Shown here piece by piece: positions 25,577 to 39,278 of a DNA stretch of 64,000 nucleotides (position 1 is the first letter of the stretch; each line of letters opens with the position of its first letter). Source of the stretch: Octopus vulgaris (Eukaryota); contig OX597836.1 of NCBI GenBank assembly GCA_951406725.2, positions 33,356,001-33,420,000 on the forward strand, in the 5' to 3' direction. The translations under genes and the position numbers were made by a program. The notes under the pieces are model-generated. The model saw only the letters and a list, made by a program, of their open reading frames with translations, searched no databases and had not been told where the DNA came from.

Positions 25577-26153
25577 CCTGGCACCTTGTGCAAGTGCCTT
25601 CTACTATAGTCTTGGGCCGTCCAAAGCCTTGTGAGTGGATTTGGTAGGCAGAAACTGAAAGAAGCCCGTCGTGTATTTATACATGTATGTGCGCGCGCGC
25701 TTGTATTCTCATCCTCATCACTGCTTGTTATAGAATTCAACAGAATCTAGGCATGTCAACACGTAGTATGCCAGAAATGGCTAGGTACAAATAACACAGG
25801 TATTAATGACTTATAAGCACGCGGCATTTCGTTATGCAACTACAATATACGAAAGTTTTAATAAGTCAAATACGTTGTTCTACTGTGTTAGCAGTGCAAT
25901 TTTCACATCACTTGAAATTATAGAAATCATAGCCAGCCCTGATTTTTTTTTTTTGTTTTTTATGACATTCACGGCGCTGGAACGTAACAAAAACCAGTGC
26001 CAGCTAAAATTTCTGTAGAGTATCTGTAGTGATAACCCTCACAAGTGGAATAACATAGTGTTCGGTACAACAATCGTGAGGGTATCATGTGCAGGCATCG
26101 TTGGTAGGATACAGCATAGGATACAGTGGGATATATAGGATACATAGGATATA

Positions 26154-26318
26154 GGCGCAGGAGTGGCTGTGTGGTAAGTAACTTGCTTACCAAACCACAT
26201 GGTTCCGGGTTCGGTCCCACTGCGTGGCACCTTGGGCAAGTGCCTTCTTCTATAGTCTCGAGCTGGCCAAAGCCTTGTGAAATGGATTTGGTAGACGGAA
26301 ACTGAAAGAAACCCGTCG

Positions 26319-26405
<87 letters not shown>

Positions 26406-26640
26406 GTGTGTGTGTGTGTGTGTGTGTTTGTGTTTGTTCCCCCAACATCGCTTGACAACCGATGCTGGTGTGTTTACGTCCCCGTAACTTAGCGGTTCGG
26501 CAAAAGAGACCGATAGAACAAGTACTAGGCTTACAAAGAATAAGTCCTGGGGAGGGGGGGGTCGATTTGCTCGACTAAAAGGCGGTCCTCCAGCATGGCC
26601 GCAGTCAAATGACCGAAACAAGTACAAAGAGAGTAAAGAG
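26154..26640 (+). mobile_element. SINE family A
   Basis: Full length. Confidence 0.92.
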
Positions 26641-27125
26641 TAGATATGCATACACAGAATCCAGTTTAAACCGTAGATCCGACCCAGAGATGGTTTCAAA
26701 TGCGGCGTAGATTAAAAGATGAGCGCAAATGGGGGATAAATACAAATTTTAAACGTTTTCGTTCTTTTATATATGCATGTACCATATATATAACACATGA
26801 TGGGTAACTTTGGAAGTATACTTTTGCCACAAAGACTAATAAATTATATCAAGAAATATGTCCATACAAGCAAGGATTATCTAAGTTTTTATCAAAATTT
26901 CTTGGTGCTTATAAAAAAATGATGAAATTAAGACTCATTTTCAAACGAAAGTTATTTATATCCCTAAAAATTAAAATTAATGCAAATTTCCTCTGTATGT
27001 TTGCAATAAACATTATCCTATTAATTTTTGTAAATGTCATCAAAATATTTGCAATCTACTCCATCAAAAAAATTTATCTTTGCAAAACGAAAAAAAAAAA
27101 AAAATTTCTTTTTAAATATTTGTAG

Positions 27126-27517
27126 CAGGAGTGGCTGTGTGGTAAGTAGCTTGCCTACCAACCACATGGTTCCGGGTTCAGTCCCACTGTCTGGTATCTT
27201 GGGCTAACCAAAGCCTTGTGAGTGGATTTGGCAGACGGAAACTGAAAGAAGCCCGTCGTATATATATATGTGTGTGTGTATGTGTGTGAATGTATGTATG
27301 TATGTATGTATGTACGTGTGTATATGTTTGTGTCTGTTTGTCCCACCCACCAACATCGCTTGACAACCGATGCTGGTGTGTTTACGTCCCCGTAACTCAG
27401 CGGTTCGGCAAAAAGACACCGACAGAACAAGTACTAGGCTTACAAAGAATCATGCCTGGGGTCGGTTTGCTCGACTAAAGGCGGTGCTCCAGCATGGCCG
27501 CAGTCTAATGACTGAAA
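27126..27517 (+). mobile_element. SINE family A (small internal deletion)
   Basis: Match to family blocks. Confidence 0.9.
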
Positions 27518-27976
27518 CTTTTGAAAGAGAGAAAAAAAAAAAGAAAGAGTATTTTTCAGAAAACTATATTAAAAGTCCAAATAAGTTGAATGGTGGAATG
27601 GTTGTACCAAACTGATGTTAGTCCTCCCTCTTTCTCTCTCACAGTGTGTGTAGGGTATTGTGTCGTGTTCTTTTACTCATTGTTCGCCACCAAGCCTTAG
27701 AGTATGGGCGTCCATCAGGCACCTCTTAATGTAAACCCTCTACGTATCTCTTCCGGTCTCTATTTAAGATGAAAAGCGTGACTGGAGAAATCAAACATTC
27801 ATGTAGGCTTTCTATTGAATAAATAAATAAACGCATGTGTACGTACAACTCAAGCCAAAGAGACGAAGTAACAATGAGATGGTTCCGGGTTCAGTCCCAC
27901 AGCGTGACACCACCTTCGATGTCCTTTGCTACAGCCTCCGGCTTTACTAAAAGCCTGGTGAGTGGTTTTGGTGGAC

Positions 27977-28207
27977 GGAGGCGAGCTGGCAGAATCGTTA
28001 GCACGCCGGGCGAAATGCTTAGCGGTATTTCGTCTGCCGTTACGTTCTGAGTTCAAATTCCGCCGAGGTCGACTTTGCCTTTCGTCCTTTCAGGGTCGAT
28101 TAAATAAGTACCAGTTACGCACTGGGGTCGATATAATCGACTTAATCCGTTTGTCTGTCCTTGTTTGTCCTCTCTGTGTTTAGCCCCTTGTGGGTAGTAA
28201 AGAAATA
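27977..28207 (+). mobile_element. SINE family B nested in a SINE A (27875-28345)
   Basis: Interrupts GACGGA|AACTGAAAG of family A. Confidence 0.9.
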
Positions 28208-28359
28208 GGAAACTGAAAGAAACCCTTATGTGTATGTCTTTGCACCCCCCCACCGCTTGACAACTGGTGTTGGTGTGTTTCTGTCCCCGTAACTTAGCGG
28301 TTCGGTAAAAGAGCGAAGAGAAAAAGTACCAGGCTTACTGAAACAAGATGTTTTATAAG

Positions 28360-28740
28360 TTAGACTGCGGACATGCTGGGGCACGACCCTGAAGAAGTTT
28401 AGTCAAGCAAATCCACCCCCAATGCTTGTTTTTATAAAACCCCGGTCGTTATTCAATCAGTCACTTTCTGCCGAACCGCTAAGTCACGAAAACGCAAAGA
28501 AACCAGCACCAGCCATCAAGCGGTAGTTGGGGACAAGCACAAAAGCAGGCACACACACACACACAAAGGAAAAAAAAACAGGCTTCTTTCAGTTTCCCTT
28601 TCCCATAATTCCACAACAAGGATCCGGTCAGCCCGGATCACTATAATAGGAAAAATACTTAACCAATGAACGTGCCACGCAGAGGGATTGAACCCGGAAC
28701 CATGAGAATGGGGGAAAAAAATTCATCACACAGCCACACC
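28360..28740 (-). mobile_element. SINE family A, diverged
   Basis: Match to family blocks. Confidence 0.75.
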
Positions 28741-28886
28741 TATTACACACACGCACACACACACACACGGACGTAATGCATAGACGCGCGCGCGCACGTG
28801 GCATTGTGTACGTAGGCATTATTCCAGTTTGAACTATTTTTGTATACACATACGTTACATGCATTTAAGAGGAAACCACTGATGTG

Positions 28887-28928
<42 letters not shown>

Positions 28929-28930
<2 letters not shown>

Positions 28931-29075
28931 CACAGGAGTGGCTTGCTAACCAACCACATGGTTCCGGGTTCAGCCCCACTGCGTGGCATCTTGGGCAAGT
29001 GTCTTCTGCTATAGCCCCAGGCCGACCAAAGCCTTCTGAGTGGATTTGGTAGACGGAAACTGAAAAAAGCCCGTC

Positions 29076-29137
<62 letters not shown>

Positions 29138-29320
29138 ATATTTGTGTTTGCTTGACAACCGATGCTGGTGTGTTTACGTCACCGTCACTTAGCGGTTCGG
29201 CAAAACAGACCGATAGAATAAGTACTGGGCTTACAAAGAATAAGTCCCGGGGTCGATTTGCTCGACTAAAGGCGGTGCTCCAGCATGGCCGCAGTCAAAT
29301 GACTGAAACAAGTAAAAGAG
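28929..29320 (+). mobile_element. SINE family A
   Basis: Both ends present; TA-flanked. Confidence 0.9.
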
Positions 29321-29338
29321 TATATATATATTTATATT

Positions 29339-29370
<32 letters not shown>

Positions 29371-29600
29371 TACATATATAAACTTCACTGGGAGTAGCTT
29401 GCTAGGCTGCTAAGCACACCAAATGATCTAGTTATCCCTTTAAGTGCCTGCCTGTCAGTAGCTAAAACGCAACACACATACATACAGTAAGTTATTCTGT
29501 CTTTCACAATATATACAAAGGGCTAGTTGTACTCCTGGTACAGTTTTAAATGCGAAGCGAATACGCACGAGTATACCCGTACATAATCTCTCTCTACGCC

Positions 29601-29641
<41 letters not shown>

Positions 29642-30360
29642 ATGCATGTGTGATTAAAAGGCAAGCTAGCCGAAATCGCCCATAGGCGACTTGTATGTTG
29701 TATACACTCGACTATACACAGTATGGTTATGAACCAAAACACTTGTTCATTATCTGCAGTGTTACACAGCATAAACAAGAAATATCTGAACTTCTATGTA
29801 CTCGCCAGACCCCGCTAGAAATAACAGCCAAACGGCCAAACTAGCTCGAACTCTTAGAAATAACAGCCAAATATTGGCCGAGACTGCTTTTAAAATAAGG
29901 AAAAAATATAGGATAATGGAATATAGGATAATGTAAAGTTAGAAATAGAAACTGATCGACTAACATTTTGAATAGTATTGATTATTGGGTCTGTTATCGA
30001 TCTAGTTAGTAGTAGTCAAACCTTGGTTTAAAAAACAAAAAAAAAGGCGAGCCATCAGAGAAGCCTTTTCCGGTTCCTATAGTTACTAGAAATAGCAGCA
30101 AAAATATTTTCAAAGCTCAGTCCACTGAATTTTTCACCCCCTTTTCTGTTTGTAAAACAGATAGGCACATTTACATGATGTGGTCACATGTGGAACATGT
30201 TGCACGATAAGAACCAAAACAACCAAAGGAAGACAGAATGCACAAGAGTAAAACGAAAAGTCGAAGTGTAAAAAAAAAACCCTGTTTATCATGTGTTGTA
30301 TATATATATATATTTAGCTAAGGGTTGCGACAATCAACACACCGATGACCGCTAGAGTGG

Positions 30361-30393
<33 letters not shown>

Positions 30394-30395
<2 letters not shown>

Positions 30396-30568
30396 AGTTC
30401 AGCAAAATTTAGATTCAAATGAATATGGTACTTAATTTAGATGCACCAGAATTTTGTATGGTGTTATCCATATAAATCCATGGAGTGATTATAATCAAAA
30501 TAAGCAACAAGAATATCTTCGGTAATTCCAAATTACCGAAGATATTCTTGTTGCTTATTTTGATTATA
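30394..30568 (-). mobile_element. P3 element 3' part with 38-bp foldback
   Basis: Reverse-complement match to ~5405-5537; perfect inverted repeat 30490-30527/30531-30568. Confidence 0.75.
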
Positions 30569-31268
30569 TATATACATATATATATATGTATATGTATATA
30601 ACTTGGATATGATTCGGCCAAACAGGCCATGTCTAAACTTAACAGCAACGCCCTACATCTCTAAAACCAACGCAAAATACACCTATTTAGAAAGGGCATA
30701 ATTAGACATGTGGTATATAATGTGGGTGTGTGTGTATAAATATATCATAAATGCTACCATTTAACGTCCATACTTCAAGCTGGTATGTGTTGGACGGGAT
30801 GTGCATATGTATATACACAGGCCTGTATGTGCTATGTTGACTTACAAGAAAAACAATTTTACATGAAACTGAAGGATAATAATAACCCGTTTGTGTAGAG
30901 TACTTATATATATATTAATTGCTTCTTTGAGAACCAGTGTTGACAATGATTTCGGAGTATGTATGGTGTGTGAATGGACGGAGCAGGTTTTGGACAAAGT
31001 AGCAGAGAAAATAGTAAAATAAACGTGGGAGTGTCCTGTAGAATTTTTTATTTGTCCACCACATGTAAATTTAATCTTTTCGTCTGGCAAAGAATCTCAC
31101 GCAAACACAGCACCATCGTCGGAACGAAGACTCGGAGGGAATTCACCAGCTTCGAAACAAAACAAACATACAATCGTTCTTAGTACAATTCCAAGACCAA
31201 ATTAGCCGGAATGTTTGGGACCGGAAGTGGCTAGGATTTCTGGATTTCCAGGTTTTATAGAAACAGCC

Positions 31269-31300
<32 letters not shown>

Positions 31301-32104
31301 GATAATATCGATATTATCAAGTGGCCAGCATGGAAATAAATACCATACAAAGGTAATAATTTTTTACAACTATAAATAAGGCTATCTGAGAGACACCACC
31401 ATGACGAAATAACAGTCAAACCCTGGTGGTTTTTAGAGTCAGGATTTGACTGCTAACTATAAATAAGGGTATCTGAGAGAGACACCACCATGCCGAAATA
31501 GCAGTCAAACCCTGACTCTAAAAACCACCAGGGTTTGAGCACAAAATAATGAAAAGTAAGGAACTAAATTGCATTTAACAGATTCAAATTAATACACTTC
31601 TAAAGGAGGGCCTGTTTGATGATTATTAACCCATTAAAAAAAGTCTTAAAATATATCAGACTGTATCATGTATATCGTTTAATGTTCACGATGTGAAGAC
31701 CAAATGAAGAAAGGTAAATAACATGGATTTATTTAACAGATACAGGTACAAAATAATACAAATTCTAAAGCTGATTGTGTTTAATACTTTATCAACCTAC
31801 TTTAAAAAATCGCCAAAATAAGGTGAAAATCCAAACTATTTTTAACGTAAACCGTGCGCAAGTGAACGAACTTCAAAAGCAGGGCCTGTTTACAGTATAT
31901 ATACACAGAGGTTACAGTATATATTGCATGAAATTGCACAATAATCCAGGATTTCTGGAAACCGGACAACAACAGGTTCGACACTACCATCGTATTCACA
32001 CTCGTTTGTATATTTCCTAACGTATGTACGGGATATTTCCATAGACACAGAAAGATAGTAACAAAGCTATACACACACACACATATATATATATCTAACC
32101 TTAC

Positions 32105-32310
32105 CTCATGAACTTTTACGACAACAACAACAGCAACAATGCCGACAGATCGGGTACAATCCACAGTGTTTTTGTTATCCGTATTCCTACAACTCCGTAC
32201 ATACTGTCGTCGCTTTGTGTTTCCGTCTCTCGCACATAGCTGCGAGTGAATGGAGTTGATGTCGCCTCCCACTCCGACTACTATTGTTTGCATGTGTACG
32301 CGCGCACAGA
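32105..32310 (-). other. Candidate exon (5'UTR or first exon)
   Basis: Unique CpG-containing sequence following a (TC)n tract and ending in GAG|GTAAGG. Confidence 0.3.
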
Positions 32311-32463
32311 GAGAGAGGTAGAGAGAGAGAGAAAGAGACAGACAGAGGATGAGTGAGGGAGTGTGTGTGTGAATTACATACATAAATATATATATATATA
32401 TATACAGAGAGAGAGAGAGACAGAGAGACAGGGAGAATATCTATATTTTATATACATATATAA

Positions 32464-32507
<44 letters not shown>

Positions 32508-32581
32508 TCAGGGTCAGTTATTTTGCTAGCACACCTCTCCCCTTTCAACTTAGCGCCTAAGCACCGTACCGCTCTGAAAGT

Positions 32582-32590
32582 GTGTATATG

Positions 32591-32621
<31 letters not shown>

Positions 32622-32712
32622 ATGTATATATATATGTGTGTGTGTGTATGTATATATATATATGTGTGTGTATGTATATATACATATATATATATATGTA
32701 TGTATATATATA

Positions 32713-32751
<39 letters not shown>

Positions 32752-32753
32752 GA

Positions 32754-32793
<40 letters not shown>

Positions 32794-32798
32794 ATATA

Positions 32799-32828
<30 letters not shown>
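32582..32828. repeat. Compound (TA)n(TG)n microsatellite
   Basis: Direct reading. Confidence 0.95.
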
Positions 32829-32833
<5 letters not shown>

Positions 32834-33654
32834 CATGCACACACACACCAGTCAATAACACACGTGTTCTCTCTCTCTCATTCAACTTTATCCCCGCATA
32901 AACGTACCAGCGTACACACACACACACATTTACATACAAGCAGTTATCATCATCATCACCATCATCATCATCACAATCATCATCATCACTAACAATTTCC
33001 ACCTCACCCCGCCCCGCCGCCGCTGCCATCATTTTAATTCCCCCGACTTGCCACACAAAACAGGGAAGGAAGGGGGGGGGTGCAGTTTGTGGAGACGGAG
33101 GAGGAGGAGGAGGAATTAATATGTGTGTGTGCGTGTGTGTGTGTACGTACGTGTGTGTACAAAAGCTATTTTTTCCTCCTCACCCCGCCACTCCGGTTCA
33201 TTTCCCCTTTTCACCTCACCGCCCTCTTTCCCTGACACCAACCAACCAACCAACCAACCAACCACCCCTCTCTCTCTCTCTCTGTGTCCGTATTCGATGT
33301 TCTACATAGATTTTTTATTTATTTATTTATTTATTCTGTGGTACGTACACGAAAAGGGCAACCGCTCCGACTACTACAGTTACAACACCAACTGCTACTA
33401 CTACTCCCGATATGAACTATCAATATAACATACAGCTGCATTATTTGCTTTCGTTCCGAGGGCAAAGGTGTATATACCACCACCACCACCACTACTTCTA
33501 CTACTACTACTACTACTACTACTAACATCATCACCACTATTACCAATACTACTACGACTACTACTACTACTACTACTATCAGTGAATGAGAGAGAGCAAA
33601 TGTTACAAACTAAACCAACTACGACAACCACCACTGCCATACTTATATATATCA

Positions 33655-34858
33655 ATGAAACGAGGACAACCTCCTGTGCTTGACCGGCTAGAAATAGCAG
33701 CTAAATCTTCCTCGGAGCACACACCCCACCGTCTTTAAACGTGAAACGAGGACAACCTCCTGTGCTTGACCGGCTAGAAATAGCAGCTAAATCTTCCTCG
33801 GAGTACACACCCTATCGTCTTTAAACGTGAAACGAGGACAACCTCCTGTGCTTGACCGGCTAGAAATAGCAGCTAAATCTTCCTCGGAGCACACACCCCA
33901 TCGTCTTTAAACGTGAAACGAGGACAACCTCCTGTGCTTGACCGGCTAGAAATAGCAGCTAAATCCTCCTCGGAGCACACACCCTATCGTCTTTAAACGT
34001 GAAACGAGGACAACCTCCTGTGCTTGACCGGCTAGAAATAGCAGCTAAATCTTCCTCGGAGTACACACCCCACCGTCTTTAAACGTGAAACGAGGACAAC
34101 CTCCTGTGCTTGACCGGCTAGAAATAGCAGCTAAATCTTCCTCGGAGTACACACCCTATCGTCTTTAAACGTGAAACGAGGACAACCTCCTGTGCTTGAC
34201 CGGCTAGAAATAGCAGCTAAATCTTCCTCGGAGTACACACCCTATCGTCTTTAAACGTGAAACGAGGACAACCTCCTGTGCTTGACCGGCTAGAAATAGC
34301 AGCTAAATCTTCCTCGGAGCACACACCCCATCGTCTTTAAACGTGAAACGAGGACAACCTCCTGTGCTTGACCGGCTAGAAATAGCAGCTAAATCCTCCT
34401 CGGAGCACACACCCTATCGTCTTTAAACGTGAAACGAGGACAACCTCCTGTGCTTGACCGGCTAGAAATGGCAGCTAAATCTTCCTCGGAGTACACACCC
34501 TATTGTCTTAAAACGTGAAACGAGGACAACCTCCTTAGCTTGATCGGCTAGAAATAGCAGCTAAATCTTCCTCGGAGTACACACCCCATCGTCTTTAAAC
34601 GTGAAACGAGGACAACCTCCTGTGCTTGACCGGCTAGAAATAGCAGCTAAATCTTCCTCGGAGTACACACCCCATCGTCTTTAAACGTGAAACGAGGACA
34701 ACCTCCTGTGCTTGACCGGCTAGAAATAGCAGCTAAATCTTCCTCGGAGCACACACCCTATCGTCTTTAAACGTGAAACGAGGACAACCTCCTGTGCTTG
34801 ACCGGCTAGAAATAGCAGCTAAATCCTCCTCGGAGCACACACCCTATCGTCTTTAAAC
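33655..34858 (+). repeat. 86-bp tandem repeat, 14 copies
   Basis: Unit GTGAAACGAGGACAACCTCCTGTGCTTGACCGGCTAGAAATAGCAGCTAAATCTTCCTCGGAGYACACACCCYATCGTCTTTAAAC; 1204 bp = 14 x 86. Confidence 0.97.
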
Positions 34859-35229
34859 GAAGCAGCGAAAAAATTAATATAAAGATTAAAAGAAGGCCAC
34901 ACAGAATAATGTTTTAACGACACAAAGTTTAAGAAATATAACAAAACAAAATAATAAAAAAAAAAAAGAGAGCTGTGGAATTGTCATGGTTGGATCGTCT
35001 TTGATTATAGCATCTGTCTATCAAGTCTGTTGTATGTTTGGCTGCTGGTTCAGAGTCGGAATTTGACCAGGGGTTAAATAACAACTGGCTCAAACGTTCT
35101 CCTCCAGCGGCCGCGTTGTGTACTTATAGAGTTTATTTCGGAAGAAAATAGGCGTGTTCAGTAAAATGAACATGATTATTTTTGCCATGAGGAAATACAA
35201 AGACGGACATATAAAATGAGGGGAATAAT

Positions 35230-35263
<34 letters not shown>

Positions 35264-35264
<1 letters not shown>

Positions 35265-35474
35265 CTCTTTTACTTGTTTCAGTCATTTGACTGTGGCCAT
35301 GCTGGAGCACCACCTTTTTAGTCGAGCAAATCGACCCCCAGGACTTATTCTTTGTAAGCCTAGTACTTATTCTATCGGTCTCTTTTGTCGAACCGCTAAG
35401 TGACGGGGACGTAAACACACCAGCATCGGTTATCAAGCAATGCTAGGGGGACAAACACAGACACACAAATATAT

Positions 35475-35563
<89 letters not shown>

Positions 35564-35735
35564 ACATATATATGACGGGCTTCTTTCAGTTTCCGTTTAC
35601 CAAATCCACTCACAAGGCTTTGGTCGGCCCGAGGCTATAGTAGAAGACACTTGCCCAAGGTGCCACGCAGTGGGACTGAACCCGGAACCATGTAGTTGGT
35701 AAACAAGCTACTTACCACACAGCCACTCCTGCGCC
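35264..35735 (-). mobile_element. SINE family A
   Basis: Full length. Confidence 0.92.
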
Positions 35736-35804
35736 AATATATATATATATAATATTTAAAAAAAAAACAAGAAAATTATACATACTAGTATGTCTCTTAA
35801 CTTT

Positions 35805-36165
35805 TCGTGTTTCAGTCATTAGACTGCGGCCATGATGAGGCACCGCCTTAAAAAAGAAAAGCCACAAGTACTGGAGTTGATTTTTCAAGCCTGATAATTA
35901 CCTTACCGGGCTCTTTTACCGCGCCGCTAAGTTACGGGGAAGTAAAGACACCAACACCGGCTGCCAAGCGCAAACACTATAAATATATATATATATATAT
36001 ATATGCCGGGCTTATTTATTTCAGTTCCCGTCTACCAAATCCACTCACAAGGATTTGGTAGGCCCGAGGCTATATTAAAACATACTTGCTCAAAGTGGCC
36101 TGCAGTGGGATTGAACCCGGAACTATTTGGTTGGGAAAGTAAACTTCTTACCACACAGCCACGCT
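35805..36165 (-). mobile_element. SINE family A, diverged
   Basis: Match to family blocks. Confidence 0.8.
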
Positions 36166-36341
36166 TCTATATCATTAGAAAAGAAAAGAAAATGATAATT
36201 CTTCTGTAATCCTCTTAATACAAGAGCATCTCTAGGACCAATAATAAAAAAACCACCACTGTCCGAGATTTCCCTCAACCCAATTGGGCAAGTGCCTTCT
36301 CCAATTCCAGTTTTCCGATTCACAGGTCTCTATGTGGAAGA

Positions 36342-36733
36342 GTGGAGGCGTAATGGCCCTGTGGCTAGGGCAGCGAATTCGCGGTCGCGGAATCGGGGTT
36401 TCAATTCCCAGACCGGGCGTTGTGAGTGTTTATGGAGCGAAAACATCTAAAGCTCTACGAGGTTCCGGCAGGGGTTGGTGGTGGCGAACCCTGCTGTACT
36501 CTTTCACCACAACTTTCTCACACCCTTTCTTCCTGTTTCTGTTGCACCTGTATTTCAAAGGGCCAGCCAGCCGTGTCACACTCTATGTCACGCTGAATCT
36601 CTCCGAGAACTATGTTAAGGGTACACGTGTCTGTGGAGTGCTCAGCCACTTTGCACGTTAATTTTTCACGAGCAGGCTGTTCCGTTGATCGCATCAGCTG
36701 GAACCCTCGTCGTCGTAACCGACGGAGTGCCAC
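36342..36733 (+). mobile_element. SINE family C, tail type 2
   Basis: tRNA-like head (A box TGGCCCTGTGG, B-box-like GGTTTCAATTCC), shared body up to ACAACTTTCTC, unique ~200-bp tail. Confidence 0.8.
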
Positions 36734-36870
36734 GTATGTAGAGCAGGACTATCCACCCTTGCCATTTTCGCCACTTTCACCCAGCCTTGAATAAATTCGC
36801 TTGGACAACATTTCCTCCTCCACTTCACTTTTCTTTTCGACTAAGGCCTGAACCCTTTCGTGGGAATAAA

Positions 36871-37058
36871 CTAGTCGATTATATCGACCCCAGTGTTCAA
36901 CTGGTACTTATTTTGGTTAATATATTTTGGTTCATCTCCGAAAGGATGAAAGGCAAATTTCGATCTCGGCAAAAATTTGAACTCAGAACGTAAAGACGAA
37001 CGAAATATCGCTTAGCACTTTAGTCCGGGGTGCTAATGATTCTGCTAGTTTGCCGCCT
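36871..37058 (-). mobile_element. SINE family B, diverged
   Basis: Match to family blocks. Confidence 0.78.
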
Positions 37059-37288
37059 TAGAAAAAGAAAAATCTAATTCAATAATTCTTTCTACAAAAA
37101 GACAAAAAAAGAAAAAAGAACCCGGACCCGATAGAATAAGTATCAGGTCCTTAAAAAAAAATAAGGTAAGCTACTGGGGGTTGATTTTTCGACTAAACCC
37201 CTTCAGGCGGTGCCCCAGCATGGCCGCAGTCCACTGACAGAAACAAAAAAAAAAAAAGATGGACGCATTTCTATCTGAGCAACATATA

Positions 37289-37459
37289 GGCGCAGGAGTG
37301 GCTGTGTGGTAAGTAGCTTGTTTACCAGCCACATGGTTCCGGGTTCAGTCCCACTGCGTGGCACCTCGGGCAAGTGTCTTCTACTATAGCCTCGGGCCGA
37401 CCAATGCCTTGTGAGTGGATTTGGTAGACGGAAACTGAAAGAAGCCTGTCGTATATATG

Positions 37460-37496
<37 letters not shown>

Positions 37497-37716
37497 ATGT
37501 TTGTGTGTCTGTGTTTGTCTCCCTAGCATTGCTTGACAACCGATGCTGGTGTGTTTACGTCCCCGTCACTTAGCGGTTCGGCAAAATAGACCGATAGAAT
37601 AAGTACTGGGCTTACAAAAGAATAAGTCCTGGGGGGGGGTCGAGTTGCTCGATTAAAGGCGGTGCTCCAGCATGGCCGCAGTCAAATAACTGAAACAAGT
37701 AAAAGAGTCAAAGAGT
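37289..37716 (+). mobile_element. SINE family A
   Basis: Full length. Confidence 0.92.
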
Positions 37717-38084
37717 AAGTTTACTCTTGGGGTTGATTTTTTCGACTAAACCCATTCAGGCGGTGTGCTCCAGCATGGCCGCAGTCAAGAGTAACAAGAA
37801 GTAAAAAAAAAATGCTTTTCAGATGGACGCATTTCTACTATCTAAGCAACGTATATGAATGAGATCGCTGTTATAGCGTTAAAATGTTGTTGGGGCACCG
37901 TTCTTCGTGTTTTCAGCCCAAAGTGTTTTCCACACCTCTCAGTCTGCGGAATGCGTCCGCTATTAACTCGGTCCCCGACAGCGCCAGGGTGGGGGTTAGG
38001 AGTTGGGAATTAAGTATCGGCCGTAACTTCCAGATTCTCTCACCAACATATATGTATATATAACACTATGCATACATACATACA

Positions 38085-38575
38085 CACATACATATTAAAT
38101 ATATTTCATATACACATACACGTTAAATATATTTTATACATACATATATATTAAATATATTTCATACATACATATATATTAAATATAATATATTTCATAC
38201 ATATACATACATACATATCAAATATATTTCATATATACACACATACATATTAAATATATTTTATACATACATACACACATACATATTAAATATGTTTCAT
38301 ACATATATATACACATACATATTAAATATATTTCATACATACATATTAAATATATTTCATACATACATATACACACATATTAAATATATTTTATACATAC
38401 ATATACACACATATTAAATATATTTCATACATACATATACACATACATATTAAATATATTTCATACATACACATATTAAATATATTTCATACATACATAT
38501 ACACACATATTAAATATATTTTATACATACATATACACACACATACATATTAAATATATTTCATACATACATATA
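38085..38575 (+). repeat. Minisatellite of variable ~26-40-bp units built on ATATTAAATATATTTYATACATAC
   Basis: About 14 recurrences of TAAATATATTT separated by CA/TA runs. Confidence 0.88.
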
Positions 38576-38584
38576 TATATATAT

Positions 38585-38625
<41 letters not shown>

Positions 38626-38630
38626 CACAT

Positions 38631-38663
<33 letters not shown>

Positions 38664-39278
38664 CATACACACACGTATATGTGGGTGTGTATAGATGCCG
38701 ATATAAACACTTGAACGCTTTCATCCCTTTGCGGGATTCATCATACATGCTATTATATATAACATTATATAATACATACACACACACATATATATATATA
38801 TGTAATGTGTGTGTTGTATGTATTATATATATACATACATACAATGTGTGTGTGTTGTATATATTATATACACATATGTATATGTTTGCACATATATATT
38901 AAGATATATAAAATATTTAATGTGCGTGCATTTATATATTTATATATATAACATATTTATTGTGTCTGTGGAGAGAGAGAGAGAGAGAAACAGAGAATGG
39001 ATAGTAAAAGAGAGCTGGGAGACAAATTCTTCCTACCAGCACCATGGCCATTAGTTCATGCCTGCTGAGTCAGAGTAAATATTGCCTTGTTGGTCCCAAG
39101 AGAGAGAGAAGAATTGGTCAGAAAGTAAAGCGCCATCCATATTCATCCCAGCGCTTTCCTTAAAGCAACACCGTATCGCCATCCCATTTGTTTTATTTAG
39201 TTTGGTTAGGGGTCATTCTGGATTTATGATCACCATTTTCATCATCATCATCATCAACCTTAATTCTAATTATCTATA

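Noticed and set aside
33655-34858. 86-bp array as CRISPR
   Set aside because: No unique spacers, no cas genes, eukaryotic context; it is a head-to-tail tandem repeat.
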